This document shows positions 56,500-64,000 of a stretch of 64,000 bases of DNA, piece by piece (within the stretch, counting starts at the first letter, position 1; each line of letters begins with the position of its first letter). The DNA is from Burkholderiales bacterium. GTDB taxonomy: Bacteria > Pseudomonadota > Gammaproteobacteria > Burkholderiales > SG8-41. The notes below the pieces were generated by a model. It saw only the letters and a program-made list of their open reading frames with translations, did no database searches and had not been told where the DNA came from. A program made the translations under genes and the position numbers. Where the stretch lies: positions 12,316 through 76,315 of the forward strand of contig JAUXMZ010000027.1 in NCBI GenBank assembly GCA_030683105.1, read 5' to 3'.

Positions 56500-58041
56500 A
56501 TGACCCGACGTCGTTACTATGTTGCCGGCCTCTTGCTTCTGCTTGCCGCGGGGGGTGCCGCGGGCTATGCGTTCTGGGGGTCGGCCAAACCGGAAGCTGC
56601 CTATCGTTTTGCCAAGATCGAAAGCGGCGGCATCACGGCGGCGGTATCCGCAACCGGAACCCTCAATCCCGTAGTGTCGGTGCAAGTCGGCTCCCAGGTC
56701 TCGGGGCAGTTGAAAGAAATACTCGTCGACTACAACTCACAGGTCAAAAAAGGCCAGCTCATCGCGCGCATCGACCCGGAGTCGTTTGCATTGCGCGTGA
56801 GTCAGGCGATGGCGGATGTGGAGGCGGCTCGCGCTACCGTCCTCACACAGCGGGCCAATATCGCCGCGCTTCAGGCTGAAGTTTCGCGCACCAAAGCGGG
56901 TCTGGCGGACGCCGAGCGTGAATACGAGCGCAACAAAATGTTGTATGAGAAGAACTTCGTGTCCGCCGCGGCGCGCGACAAATCGCAGACCGCGTTCGAA
57001 ATTGCGCGAGAACAGGTCAATACCTCCCGGGCGCAGGTGGGCGTGGGCGAGGCACAGATACGCAACGGCGAAGCGCTGGTAAAACAGCGCGAATCCCAGT
57101 TGGCCCAGGCAAAAGTAGATCTTGACCGCACCCTGATACGCGCGCCGGTGAACGGCATCGTGGTCAAGAAATCGGTAGAGCCGGGACAGACCGTTGCAGC
57201 GAGCTTGCAGTCACCCGAACTTTTCGTGATCGCGCAGGACTTGCGCGAAATGCAAGTCGAGGCCTCGATCGACGAGGCTGAGATCGGCCGCGTGCAAGTC
57301 GGCCAAAGCGCAAGCTTTACTGTTGATTCCTTCCCCGGGCGCACTTTCCGCGGCACGGTGTCGCAGGTACGCAAGGCGGCCCAGGTGGTGCAGAATGTCG
57401 TTACCTACATTGCCGTTATTGGCGCCTCCAATGCCGATCTCAGCCTGTTTCCGGGAATGACCGCCAATGTGCGCATCGTGGTCGACACCCGCGAAAACGT
57501 GCTTAAAATTCCCAATGCCGCGCTGCGTTACCGCCCGCCGGGCGTGGCGGACACGCGCCAGGCGGCCGAGCCGCCGGCCAAGGGTGGGGGCGGTCAGCAG
57601 GCGGGGCAGGCGCGCGAGCGGTTGACCAAGGAGCTTAACCTCAGCGCTGAACAGCAGGCGAAAGTAGAGACGATATTTAACGAGACGCGAGACAAGATCC
57701 GGGCCATCGCCACCGAGGACCAGAACGAGCGCCGCCGCCTGTCCGAGAAGCTGCGTGCCGATTCGCGTACGCGCATCGCCGAGGTCCTCGATCCCGAGCA
57801 GCGCTCACGCTACGCGGAAATGAACGCTTCGCGCGCAGCGGGGGGCGTGTCCGGCGGCAGGGTATGGATCCAGGACCAGGACAAGCCAAAAATGGTCGCC
57901 GTGCGCACAGGGCTGACCGACGGCTCTTACACCGAGCTGGTTTCAGGCGGGCTGGCCGCGGGTGCGCAGGTGATTATCGGCAGCGCCGACAGCGGCAAGA
58001 AGCAAGGTCAACCGGCTCCCGGCCCGCGCTTTGGATTCTAA
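56500..58041 (+). CDS. Periplasmic adaptor (HlyD/MacA family) with a ~108-aa insertion
   Basis: Lipoyl, hairpin and beta-barrel order typical of MacA (LIARIDP...IRAPVNGIVV). The extra segment (residues ~346-453) is rich in LxxEQ repeats. Confidence 0.8.
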   Translation: MTRRRYYVAGLLLLLAAGGAAGYAFWGSAKPEAAYRFAKIESGGITAAVSATGTLNPVVSVQVGSQVSGQLKEILVDYNSQVKKGQLIARIDPESFALRVSQAMADVEAARATVLTQRANIAALQAEVSRTKAGLADAEREYERNKMLYEKNFVSAAARDKSQTAFEIAREQVNTSRAQVGVGEAQIRNGEALVKQRESQLAQAKVDLDRTLIRAPVNGIVVKKSVEPGQTVAASLQSPELFVIAQDLREMQVEASIDEAEIGRVQVGQSASFTVDSFPGRTFRGTVSQVRKAAQVVQNVVTYIAVIGASNADLSLFPGMTANVRIVVDTRENVLKIPNAALRYRPPGVADTRQAAEPPAKGGGGQQAGQARERLTKELNLSAEQQAKVETIFNETRDKIRAIATEDQNERRRLSEKLRADSRTRIAEVLDPEQRSRYAEMNASRAAGGVSGGRVWIQDQDKPKMVAVRTGLTDGSYTELVSGGLAAGAQVIIGSADSGKKQGQPAPGPRFGF

Positions 58042-58046
58042 GGGCG

Positions 58047-58241
58047 GTGATTAGGTGATTGAGTGATTGAGTGATTAAAACGCATCTTGAAATCCGCTTT
58101 CACCAACACCCTCCACGCCGTCACGGAGCGAGGGTGTATGTTTGAGACGCGCTCTAAGCAATTCGCAAGAAACTACTGGCTTGGCAGTTGCCTAATCACT
58201 GAATCACTGAATCACTGAATCACTGAATCACTGAATCACTC
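58047..58241. repeat. Inverted short-period array, 8-nt units (4 left, 115-nt core, 6 right)
   Basis: GTGATTAG GTGATTGA x2 GTGATTAA ... AATCACTG x5 AATCACTC, ending 4 nt before the ATG of the ATPase gene. Confidence 0.9.
58083..58124 (-). pseudogene. Possible decayed 5' fragment of a four-helix-bundle gene
   Basis: The minus strand CGCTCC GTG ACG GCG TGG AGG GTG TTG GTG AAA aligns to copy 2, CGCCGC GTG ACC [21 nt] GCG TGG AAG [9 nt] GTA TTG GTC AAA. 23 of 27 aligned coding nt are identical after two in-frame gaps. Confidence 0.35.
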
Positions 58242-58245
58242 AAAC

Positions 58246-58995
58246 ATGGCCGAACCCCTGATCGTCACCCGCAGCCTCGCCAAGGTGTACCGCATGGAAA
58301 GTTACACCGTGACAGCGCTGCAGGGAGTGTCGGTCGAAATCGGGGCGGGAGAATTCGTGGCGGTGATGGGTCCGTCCGGTTCAGGCAAATCAACCTTCAT
58401 GAATCTGCTGGGCTGCCTCGATACGCCTTCGAGCGGCGAATATTGTCTGGCCGGCGAGAAAGCTTCCGAGCTTTCGGGCGACGCGCTCGCGGCTGTACGC
58501 AATCGCAGAATCGGCTTCGTGTTCCAGAATTTCAATCTGCTGCCCCGCACGTCAGCGCTGGAGAACGTCGAACTGCCGCTGCTCTACGCGCACATCTCGG
58601 CTCAGGAGCGGCGCAGCCGGGCGCTTGCCAAGCTTGCCGATGTCGGACTGGCTGAGCGCGCAGACCACCACCCCGCACAACTCTCCGGCGGGCAGCAACA
58701 GCGGGTGGCGATTGCGCGCGCGCTGGTCAACAATCCGGTGTTGATCCTGGCCGACGAGCCGACCGGCGCACTTGATTCCCGGACCAGTTGCGAAGTCATG
58801 GGCCTGCTGCAGCAATTGAACCGTCAGGGCATGACCGTGGTGCTGGTGACTCACGAACACGACATCGCGGCATTTGCCTCGCGCGTGGTGAACTTCCGAG
58901 ATGGCCGCGTGGTGGATGATCAGCTGGTCGCCGATCCGGTCGATGCGCAGCGGATGCTGCGCGAGCTGGATGAGAGCGCGGAGGTGGCAGTATGA
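58246..58995 (+). CDS. MacB/LolD-type ABC transporter ATP-binding protein
   Basis: [24 protein letters not shown] and [11 protein letters not shown] motifs. Confidence 0.88.
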   Translation: MAEPLIVTRSLAKVYRMESYTVTALQGVSVEIGAGEFVAVMGPSGSGKSTFMNLLGCLDTPSSGEYCLAGEKASELSGDALAAVRNRRIGFVFQNFNLLPRTSALENVELPLLYAHISAQERRSRALAKLADVGLAERADHHPAQLSGGQQQRVAIARALVNNPVLILADEPTGALDSRTSCEVMGLLQQLNRQGMTVVLVTHEHDIAAFASRVVNFRDGRVVDDQLVADPVDAQRMLRELDESAEVAV

Positions 58996-59017
58996 GCTAT
59001 CCGGCGAGGGGACGAGC

Positions 59018-59221
59018 GGAGCGCGGAGCAGGGGCCCCATTCATGGGGATGCGACCGTGCAGCGAGTCAAGGGCGCGCTCAATTTCGTCCCCATGCGCGC
59101 CTGCGGGGTCAGATCCCAGAGGGTCCCTCTTCCGCCCTCCGGCGCGCCCCTTTAGGGGATCGACGGCAAAGGCGCGCTGGAGCGTGGAGCAGGGGCCCGC
59201 TTGCGGGATGCGACCGCGCAG
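59018..59221. repeat. Two direct copies of a ~44-nt element in the ATPase|permease spacer
   Basis: GGAGCGCGGAGCAGGGGCCCCATTCATGGGGATGCGACCGTGCAG (59018-59062) versus GGAGCGTGGAGCAGGGGCCCGCTTGCGGGATGCGACCGCGCAG (59179-59221). Confidence 0.8.
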
Positions 59222-59383
59222 GCGTGCACAGGCCCGTGGATTTGTATCAGCGCGCCTTGGCTCGCTCCCGGGTCGCACCTACCGGGCAAGCCGGCAGGCA
59301 CTGCTCCGCCGTCCGCGGGCCATTGCTGCCTGCCGCCGACACCAAAGTGCACGATATACCAGCGGCCGATCGGAGGCGGCGGC

Positions 59384-60616
59384 ATGACCTGGCTCGCCAG
59401 CATGCGCATCGCCTTGCGGGCGCTGCGTGTGAACAAGCTGCGCAGCATGCTGACCATGCTCGGCATCATCATCGGTGTGGGCGCCGTGATCACCATGATC
59501 GCCGTGGGCGCCGGCGCGCAGGCCCAGATCGAAGAGCAGATCAAGAGCCTGGGGTCCAACCTCATCATCGTGCTCCCGGGTTCGGTCACCTCGGGCGGCG
59601 TGCGCATGGGCGCGGGCTCGCGTGCTTCTCTGACGGAAGACGACGGTTACGCCTTGCAGCGCGAGATTGCGGAGGTGCAGGCAGCGGCGCCCAACCTGCG
59701 CGGCACCGGTCAGGTGGTGGCCGGGAGTGCCAACTGGTCCACCGTGTTTTACGGCGTGACACCGGAGTACTTCGAGGCACGCAATTGGGTGATCGCCAGC
59801 GGCAAGGGATTCGATGCTGCTGATTTAAGCGGATCGGGAAAGGTGGTGCTGCTCGGCGAGACCGTGGCCCGCAATCTGTTCGGCGACACCGATCCCGTAG
59901 GACAGACCGTGCGCGTGCGCAAGGTGCCGATGCAGGTCATTGGCACGCTCGAGCGCAAAGGGCAGAGCATGATGGGCCAGGACCAGGATGACGTCATCCT
60001 GATGCCCATCTCCACCGCCCGCAACCGCGTGCTGGGCGGCAACACCGCGAAACAGCGCGCAGTGGGCTCAATTTCGGTCAAGATACGCGAGGGCGCCAAC
60101 ATGGCCGAAACGGAGAGTGAGATCAGGCAACTGCTGCGTCAGCGCCACCGGCTGCAGTTTGGCCAGGAGGATGACTTCAGCCTGCGCAACTTGTCGGAGA
60201 TTCTGGGCGCGCGCGAGGAGTCGAGCCGCATCATGACGCTGCTGCTGGCTGCGGTGGCTTCAGTCTCGCTGCTGGTGGGCGGCATCGGCATCATGAACAT
60301 CATGCTGGTTTCAGTTACCGAGCGCACGCGCGAGATCGGCCTCAGGATGGCGGTGGGCGCGCGCGGGCGGGACATCCTTTCCCAGTTCCTGGTGGAAGCG
60401 GTGACGCTGGCGCTCATCGGCGGCCTGTGCGGCATCCTGCTGGGTGTAGCGGGCTCGTATGCGATCGGACACTTTGCCGGTTGGCGCATCCTGATCAATA
60501 TCCATGCCGTCGTGCTTGCGGTCGGCTTTGCTGCCGTCATCGGCGTCTTCTTCGGTTTTTATCCGGCACGCAAGGCTTCGCGCCTGCTGCCGATAGAAGC
60601 GTTGCGTTATGAGTGA
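59384..60616 (+). CDS. MacB-type ABC transporter permease (FtsX fold with periplasmic domain)
   Basis: Start taken at MTWLASMRIALRALRVNKLRSMLTMLGIIIGV. The C-terminal FtsX region contains ERTREIGLRMAVGA. Confidence 0.88.
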   Translation: MTWLASMRIALRALRVNKLRSMLTMLGIIIGVGAVITMIAVGAGAQAQIEEQIKSLGSNLIIVLPGSVTSGGVRMGAGSRASLTEDDGYALQREIAEVQAAAPNLRGTGQVVAGSANWSTVFYGVTPEYFEARNWVIASGKGFDAADLSGSGKVVLLGETVARNLFGDTDPVGQTVRVRKVPMQVIGTLERKGQSMMGQDQDDVILMPISTARNRVLGGNTAKQRAVGSISVKIREGANMAETESEIRQLLRQRHRLQFGQEDDFSLRNLSEILGAREESSRIMTLLLAAVASVSLLVGGIGIMNIMLVSVTERTREIGLRMAVGARGRDILSQFLVEAVTLALIGGLCGILLGVAGSYAIGHFAGWRILINIHAVVLAVGFAAVIGVFFGFYPARKASRLLPIEALRYE

Positions 60617-60710
60617 TTCGGTGATTAAGTAATTAAGTGATTGAGTGAACCACCGCCCGCGGCGCGAGGGTTTGGGTCAATCACCCAATCACTGAATCAC
60701 TAAATCACTG
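60613..60710. repeat. Inverted short-period array, 8-nt units (5 left, 26-nt core, 4 right)
   Basis: GTGATTCG GTGATTAA GTAATTAA GTGATTGA GTGAACCA ... AATCACCC AATCACTG AATCACTA AATCACTG. The first unit contains the permease stop codon. Confidence 0.9.
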
Positions 60711-60739
60711 TCTTTTACGCGTAGAATACCGCCTTCCCC

Positions 60740-61570
60740 ATGGACATAGCCCTCTATCTCAAAGCCCTGATCCTCGGCATCGTCGAAGGTCTGACCGAAT
60801 TCCTGCCGGTTTCCAGTACCGGACATCTGATCGTCGTCGGCGACCTGCTCGATTTCAATGACGACAAGGGCAAGGTGTTCGAGATCGTCATCCAGTTGGC
60901 CGCGATACTGGCGGTGTGCTGGGAGTACCGGGCGCGCTTTGCCGGGGTGATCCGCGGCTACGCCACCCAGGAGCCGGCGCGGCGCTTCGTCTCCAACCTG
61001 GCGATTGCATTCATGCCCGCCGCGATCCTTGGCTTCCTGTTCCACGGCGCGATCAAGAAAGTGCTGTTTTATCCGGTGCCGGTGGCGCTGGCGCTGATCG
61101 TCGGCGGCATCCTGATTCTGTGGGTCGAGCGCAGGCAGCATACGGTGACGATACAGGAGGTCGATGACATGCGCTGGCGCGATGCGCTCAAAGTCGGTTG
61201 TGCCCAGGCGCTGGCGCTGATCCCCGGCACTTCGCGCGCGGGTGCGACCATCATCGGCGGACTGTATTTCGGCATGTCGCGCAAGGCCGCGACCGAGTTT
61301 TCGTTTTTTCTCGCCGTGCCGACGATGTTTGCCGCAGTGTTCTATGATGTTTACAAAAACCATGCTTTGCTGAGCATGGACGATGCCGGGGTGTTTGCCG
61401 TCGGTTCCGTGGCGGCTTTTGTAAGCGCGTTTCTTGCGGTGCGCGGGCTGCTGCGCTACATCAGCCACCATGACTTCAGCGTGTTCGCCTGGTACCGTAT
61501 CATTTTCGGGGTGATCATACTGGCCACTGGCTATACGGGCGTGGTCAGCTGGTCGCAAGGATTTGGGTAA
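60740..61570 (+). CDS. uppP: Undecaprenyl-diphosphate phosphatase
   Basis: [18 protein letters not shown] and [10 protein letters not shown] motifs. Confidence 0.92.
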   Translation: MDIALYLKALILGIVEGLTEFLPVSSTGHLIVVGDLLDFNDDKGKVFEIVIQLAAILAVCWEYRARFAGVIRGYATQEPARRFVSNLAIAFMPAAILGFLFHGAIKKVLFYPVPVALALIVGGILILWVERRQHTVTIQEVDDMRWRDALKVGCAQALALIPGTSRAGATIIGGLYFGMSRKAATEFSFFLAVPTMFAAVFYDVYKNHALLSMDDAGVFAVGSVAAFVSAFLAVRGLLRYISHHDFSVFAWYRIIFGVIILATGYTGVVSWSQGFG

Positions 61571-61612
61571 AGAGTACTGAGATAAACTCTTGTCCCGTCA
61601 CCCATCACCAGT

Positions 61613-62062
61613 TCAGCTTTGCACCCAAGGCAGGCCTGCCGCGCGCCAGCCGCCTTTGCTGTTGCGGTGGCCGGCAGCGTCCTTGTCGCCCTCGAAACCT
61701 TCGAGCACGTTGAAGCTTTTGGCGTAGCCGGCCTGGGTTGCCAGTGTCGCAGTATTATGCGAGCGGCCGCCGCTGCGGCAAATGAACATCACCAGCGCAT
61801 CCTTGCTGACCATCTGCTCGAGCTCGGAGAGAAAAGCCGCATTCAACTGATTGCCGGGATAGGTGAGGAATTCGATTTCCACTGCACCGGGTATGCGGCC
61901 GACCCAGTACCATTCGGCGTGCGTGCGCACATCGACCAGCGCGGCGTTAGGCGCCTCTTTCCAGATCTGATACGCCTCGCCGGGCAACAGCGCCCCTTCG
62001 TACGGCAGTCCCATTTGCCGCGCCCGGTCGCGGGCGGTTTTCAAAATGTCATCGATGGTCAA
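61613..62062 (-). CDS. Rhodanese-like domain protein
   Basis: 149 aa with the active-site loop CRSGGRS. Confidence 0.8.
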   Translation of the reverse strand: MTIDDILKTARDRARQMGLPYEGALLPGEAYQIWKEAPNAALVDVRTHAEWYWVGRIPGAVEIEFLTYPGNQLNAAFLSELEQMVSKDALVMFICRSGGRSHNTATLATQAGYAKSFNVLEGFEGDKDAAGHRNSKGGWRAAGLPWVQS

Positions 62063-62200
62063 ATTGGCTCCTTTAGGTCGAGCAGGGTGCGGGTATCATG
62101 ACGGGCGCCAAAACGGTTCCGGCATCAAAACAAGGCGTTATTTTACCTGAGCCCAACCAGAGCGGTTGGAGCGCTATAATGGTGCAAGCCGAGGCCGGAT

Positions 62201-62217
62201 TGCACCATTACAGTGCC
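62201..62217. promoter_or_regulatory. Candidate NtrC binding site upstream of glnA
   Basis: TGCACCATTACAGTGCC versus consensus TGCACCA-N3-TGGTGCA (first half perfect, second half 4/7). TGGTGCAA (62180-62187) and TTGCACCA (62200-62207) also form an inverted repeat. Confidence 0.35.
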
Positions 62218-62278
62218 GATGATTTTTAGTGCTTAGCTCAAATCCCTTATGGCACAATGCCTTCCTTACAAAAATTGC

Positions 62279-62294
62279 TGGCACATTTTGTGCT
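62279..62294 (+). promoter_or_regulatory. Sigma54 (-24/-12) promoter of glnA
   Basis: TGGCACATTTTGTGCT has GG and GC with the canonical 10-nt spacing and lies ~60 nt upstream of the ATG. Confidence 0.6.
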
Positions 62295-62352
62295 AAATCT
62301 AGTTTTTTGCATTTCATTTTTATCGTTATTACTCACTGTTTAGGAGAATTTG

Positions 62353-63765
62353 ATGGTATCCGCCGCTGATGTAATGAAAATGGTTAAAGACAACGAAGTC
62401 AGGTTCGTTGATTTTCGCTTCACCGATACCCGTGGCAAGGAGCAGCACGTATCGGTGCCGGCCAAAGCGTTTACTGATGATAAATTCACGGATGGTCATG
62501 CTTTCGATGGTTCTTCGATCGCCGGCTGGAAGGGCATACAGGCCTCCGACATGCTGTTGATGCCGGACCCGGATTCAGTGCGCATGGACCCTTTTACCGA
62601 CGAGCCGACGCTGATTCTGACTTGTGACGTGGTCGAGCCGACCGATGGCAAGGGCTATGACCGCGACCCGCGTTCCATTGCCAAGCGTGCCGAGGCGTAC
62701 CTCAAATCAACCGGCATCGGCGACACGGCTTACTTCGGCCCCGAGCCCGAGTTCTTCGTTTTCGACTCGGTGACCTGGAACATTGATATGTCCGGCTCGT
62801 TTGTGAAAATCAAATCAGAAGAAGCGGCCTGGGCGTCGAGCGAGGACTTTGAAGGCGGCAACATGGGACATCGCCCGATAGTGAAGGGCGGCTATTTCCC
62901 GGTGGCGCCGGTCGACTCGCTGCAGGATATCCGCTCTGCGATGTGCATGGCGCTTGAAGAGCAGGGCGTCGAAGTGGAGGTTCACCACCATGAGGTGGCG
63001 ACCGCTGGCCAGTGCGAAATCGGCACCAAGTTCGAAAGGCTCGTGAAACGCGCGGACTGGAATCAGATCCTCAAGTACACCGTGCATAACGTTGCGCACT
63101 CTTACGGCAAGACGGCGACTTTCATGCCCAAGCCCATCGTCGGTGATAACGGTTCGGGCATGCACGTGCACCAGTCGGTCTGGAAGGGTGACAAGAACCT
63201 GTTCAGCGGCAACGGTTATGCCGGGCTGTCCGAACTTGCGCTTTACTACATCGGCGGCGTCATCAAGCATGCCAAGGCGCTCAACGCCATCACCAATCCT
63301 GGAACCAACTCTTACAAGCGACTGGTTCCCGGCTTTGAGGCGCCGATCAATCTTGCCTACTCGGCCCGCAACCGCTCGGCTTCAATACGCATTCCCCACG
63401 TCATGAGCCCGAAAGCACGGCGCATTGAAGTGCGCTTTCCGGATCCGACCGCCAATCCCTATCTCGCATTCACCGCGATGTTGATGGCGGGACTCGACGG
63501 CATCCAGAACAAGATCCATCCCGGCGATCCCATCGACAAGAACCTTTATGATCTGCCGCCCGAAGAAGCGAAGAAAGTGCCCAATGTGTGCTCCTCGCTC
63601 GACATGGCGCTCGAACACTTGGACAAGGATCGCGAGTTCCTGACCCGCGGCGGGGTGTTCTCCAACGATATGATCGATGCGTATATTGAGCTTAAGATGG
63701 AAGAGGTCACCGCATTCCGCATGACCACCCATCCGCTCGAGTTTCAGCTGTACTACAGCCTGTAG
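62353..63765 (+). CDS. glnA: Glutamine synthetase type I
   Basis: ATG 62353 after AGGAGA. 470 aa with a canonical GSI sequence, including the adenylylation-site region NLYDLPPEE. Confidence 0.95.
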   Translation: MVSAADVMKMVKDNEVRFVDFRFTDTRGKEQHVSVPAKAFTDDKFTDGHAFDGSSIAGWKGIQASDMLLMPDPDSVRMDPFTDEPTLILTCDVVEPTDGKGYDRDPRSIAKRAEAYLKSTGIGDTAYFGPEPEFFVFDSVTWNIDMSGSFVKIKSEEAAWASSEDFEGGNMGHRPIVKGGYFPVAPVDSLQDIRSAMCMALEEQGVEVEVHHHEVATAGQCEIGTKFERLVKRADWNQILKYTVHNVAHSYGKTATFMPKPIVGDNGSGMHVHQSVWKGDKNLFSGNGYAGLSELALYYIGGVIKHAKALNAITNPGTNSYKRLVPGFEAPINLAYSARNRSASIRIPHVMSPKARRIEVRFPDPTANPYLAFTAMLMAGLDGIQNKIHPGDPIDKNLYDLPPEEAKKVPNVCSSLDMALEHLDKDREFLTRGGVFSNDMIDAYIELKMEEVTAFRMTTHPLEFQLYYSL

Positions 63766-63771
63766 GAATTC

Positions 63772-63789
63772 GCCGGACTTGGGTCCGGC
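63772..63789 (+). terminator. Stem-loop after glnA (weak terminator or REP-like hairpin)
   Basis: GCCGGAC-ttgg-GTCCGGC with a poor T-tract. Related to the hairpin after the permease gene at 4362-4393. Confidence 0.4.
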
Positions 63790-63937
63790 AAATTACTTAT
63801 CAACGGCGATCCATTAACACTACCCCCGTCCTGCTGGGGGCTGCGGCAAGAAACCCTTGCGTAGTGTTCTTTTCACCCTATTCTTTGGTGCTTATCATTT
63901 AAGGAATTTGTCAGGCTACTATCTGACAAATTCCTGG

Positions 63938-63954
63938 CGCACCATATGGGTGCA
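63938..63954. promoter_or_regulatory. NtrC-like palindrome downstream of glnA
   Basis: CGCACCATATGGGTGCA versus TGCACCA-N3-TGGTGCA (12 of 14 specified positions match). Confidence 0.45.
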
Positions 63955-64000
63955 TTGCTAATTCTTTTTTCCTGACATAGACTTAGGCACATAAATTCAC

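Noticed and set aside
58992-59387. 131-aa ORF exactly bridging the macB-like ATPase stop and permease start (ATGA overlaps at both ends)
   Set aside because: The product is Arg/Pro/Ala/Gly-rich low complexity, typical of an open non-coding frame in GC-rich DNA, and it translates the two nucleotide repeats. I kept it as a note within the spacer finding and did not call it a gene.
63984-64000. Sigma54-like TAGGCACATAAATTCAC at the window edge
   Set aside because: The -12 position reads TTCA instead of TTGC, so GC is missing at the required spacing. The site is also truncated by the window end.

Overview
This is a 64-kb stretch of a roughly 60% G+C proteobacterial chromosome. Gene content and order look betaproteobacterial (Bug/TctC-type binding protein, zapB-like/zapA/6S RNA, msbA...waaC-waaA, split MacAB-type pump, glnA with a sigma54 promoter), but no species can be named from sequence alone.

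Layout:
- 1-11.2 kb: peptide-type ABC importer plus assorted catabolic genes.
- 11.2-13.6 kb: TauE, an EVE-domain gene, 6S RNA, zapA.
- 14.0-16.3 kb: cobalamin riboswitch plus a TonB-dependent receptor.
- 16.7-52.0 kb: a ~35-kb LPS super-cluster. It holds msbA, a lipid-carrier glycosylation module, core glycosyltransferases, an O-antigen ligase, wbpM/wecA-like initiation genes, an AT-richer O-unit island with a CDP-sugar pathway, wzx, rfbBACD, waaC and waaA.
- 52.1-64 kb: tolC, pcm, TPP riboswitch-thiC, a macA/macB-like exporter, uppP, a rhodanese and glnA.

No rRNA, tRNA, CRISPR, transposase, integrase or prophage genes were seen.

The most unusual content is non-coding. A dense family of intergenic inverted arrays built from 8-nt (GTGATTRA) or 7-nt (GTGAATC) units occurs at 12 or more sites. 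Two inverted pairs bracket four-helix-bundle genes (23S-rRNA-intervening-sequence protein family) that interrupt the rfbBACD operon. One 'empty' pair retains what looks like a decayed 5' fragment of such a gene.

Other items are a 269-bp element with perfect 27-bp terminal inverted repeats abutting the msbA start codon, a repeat-filled 388-bp spacer splitting the macB-like ATPase and permease genes, and several uncharacterised O-antigen genes.

All calls were made by eye from motifs and synteny. RNA ends and some start codons are approximate.
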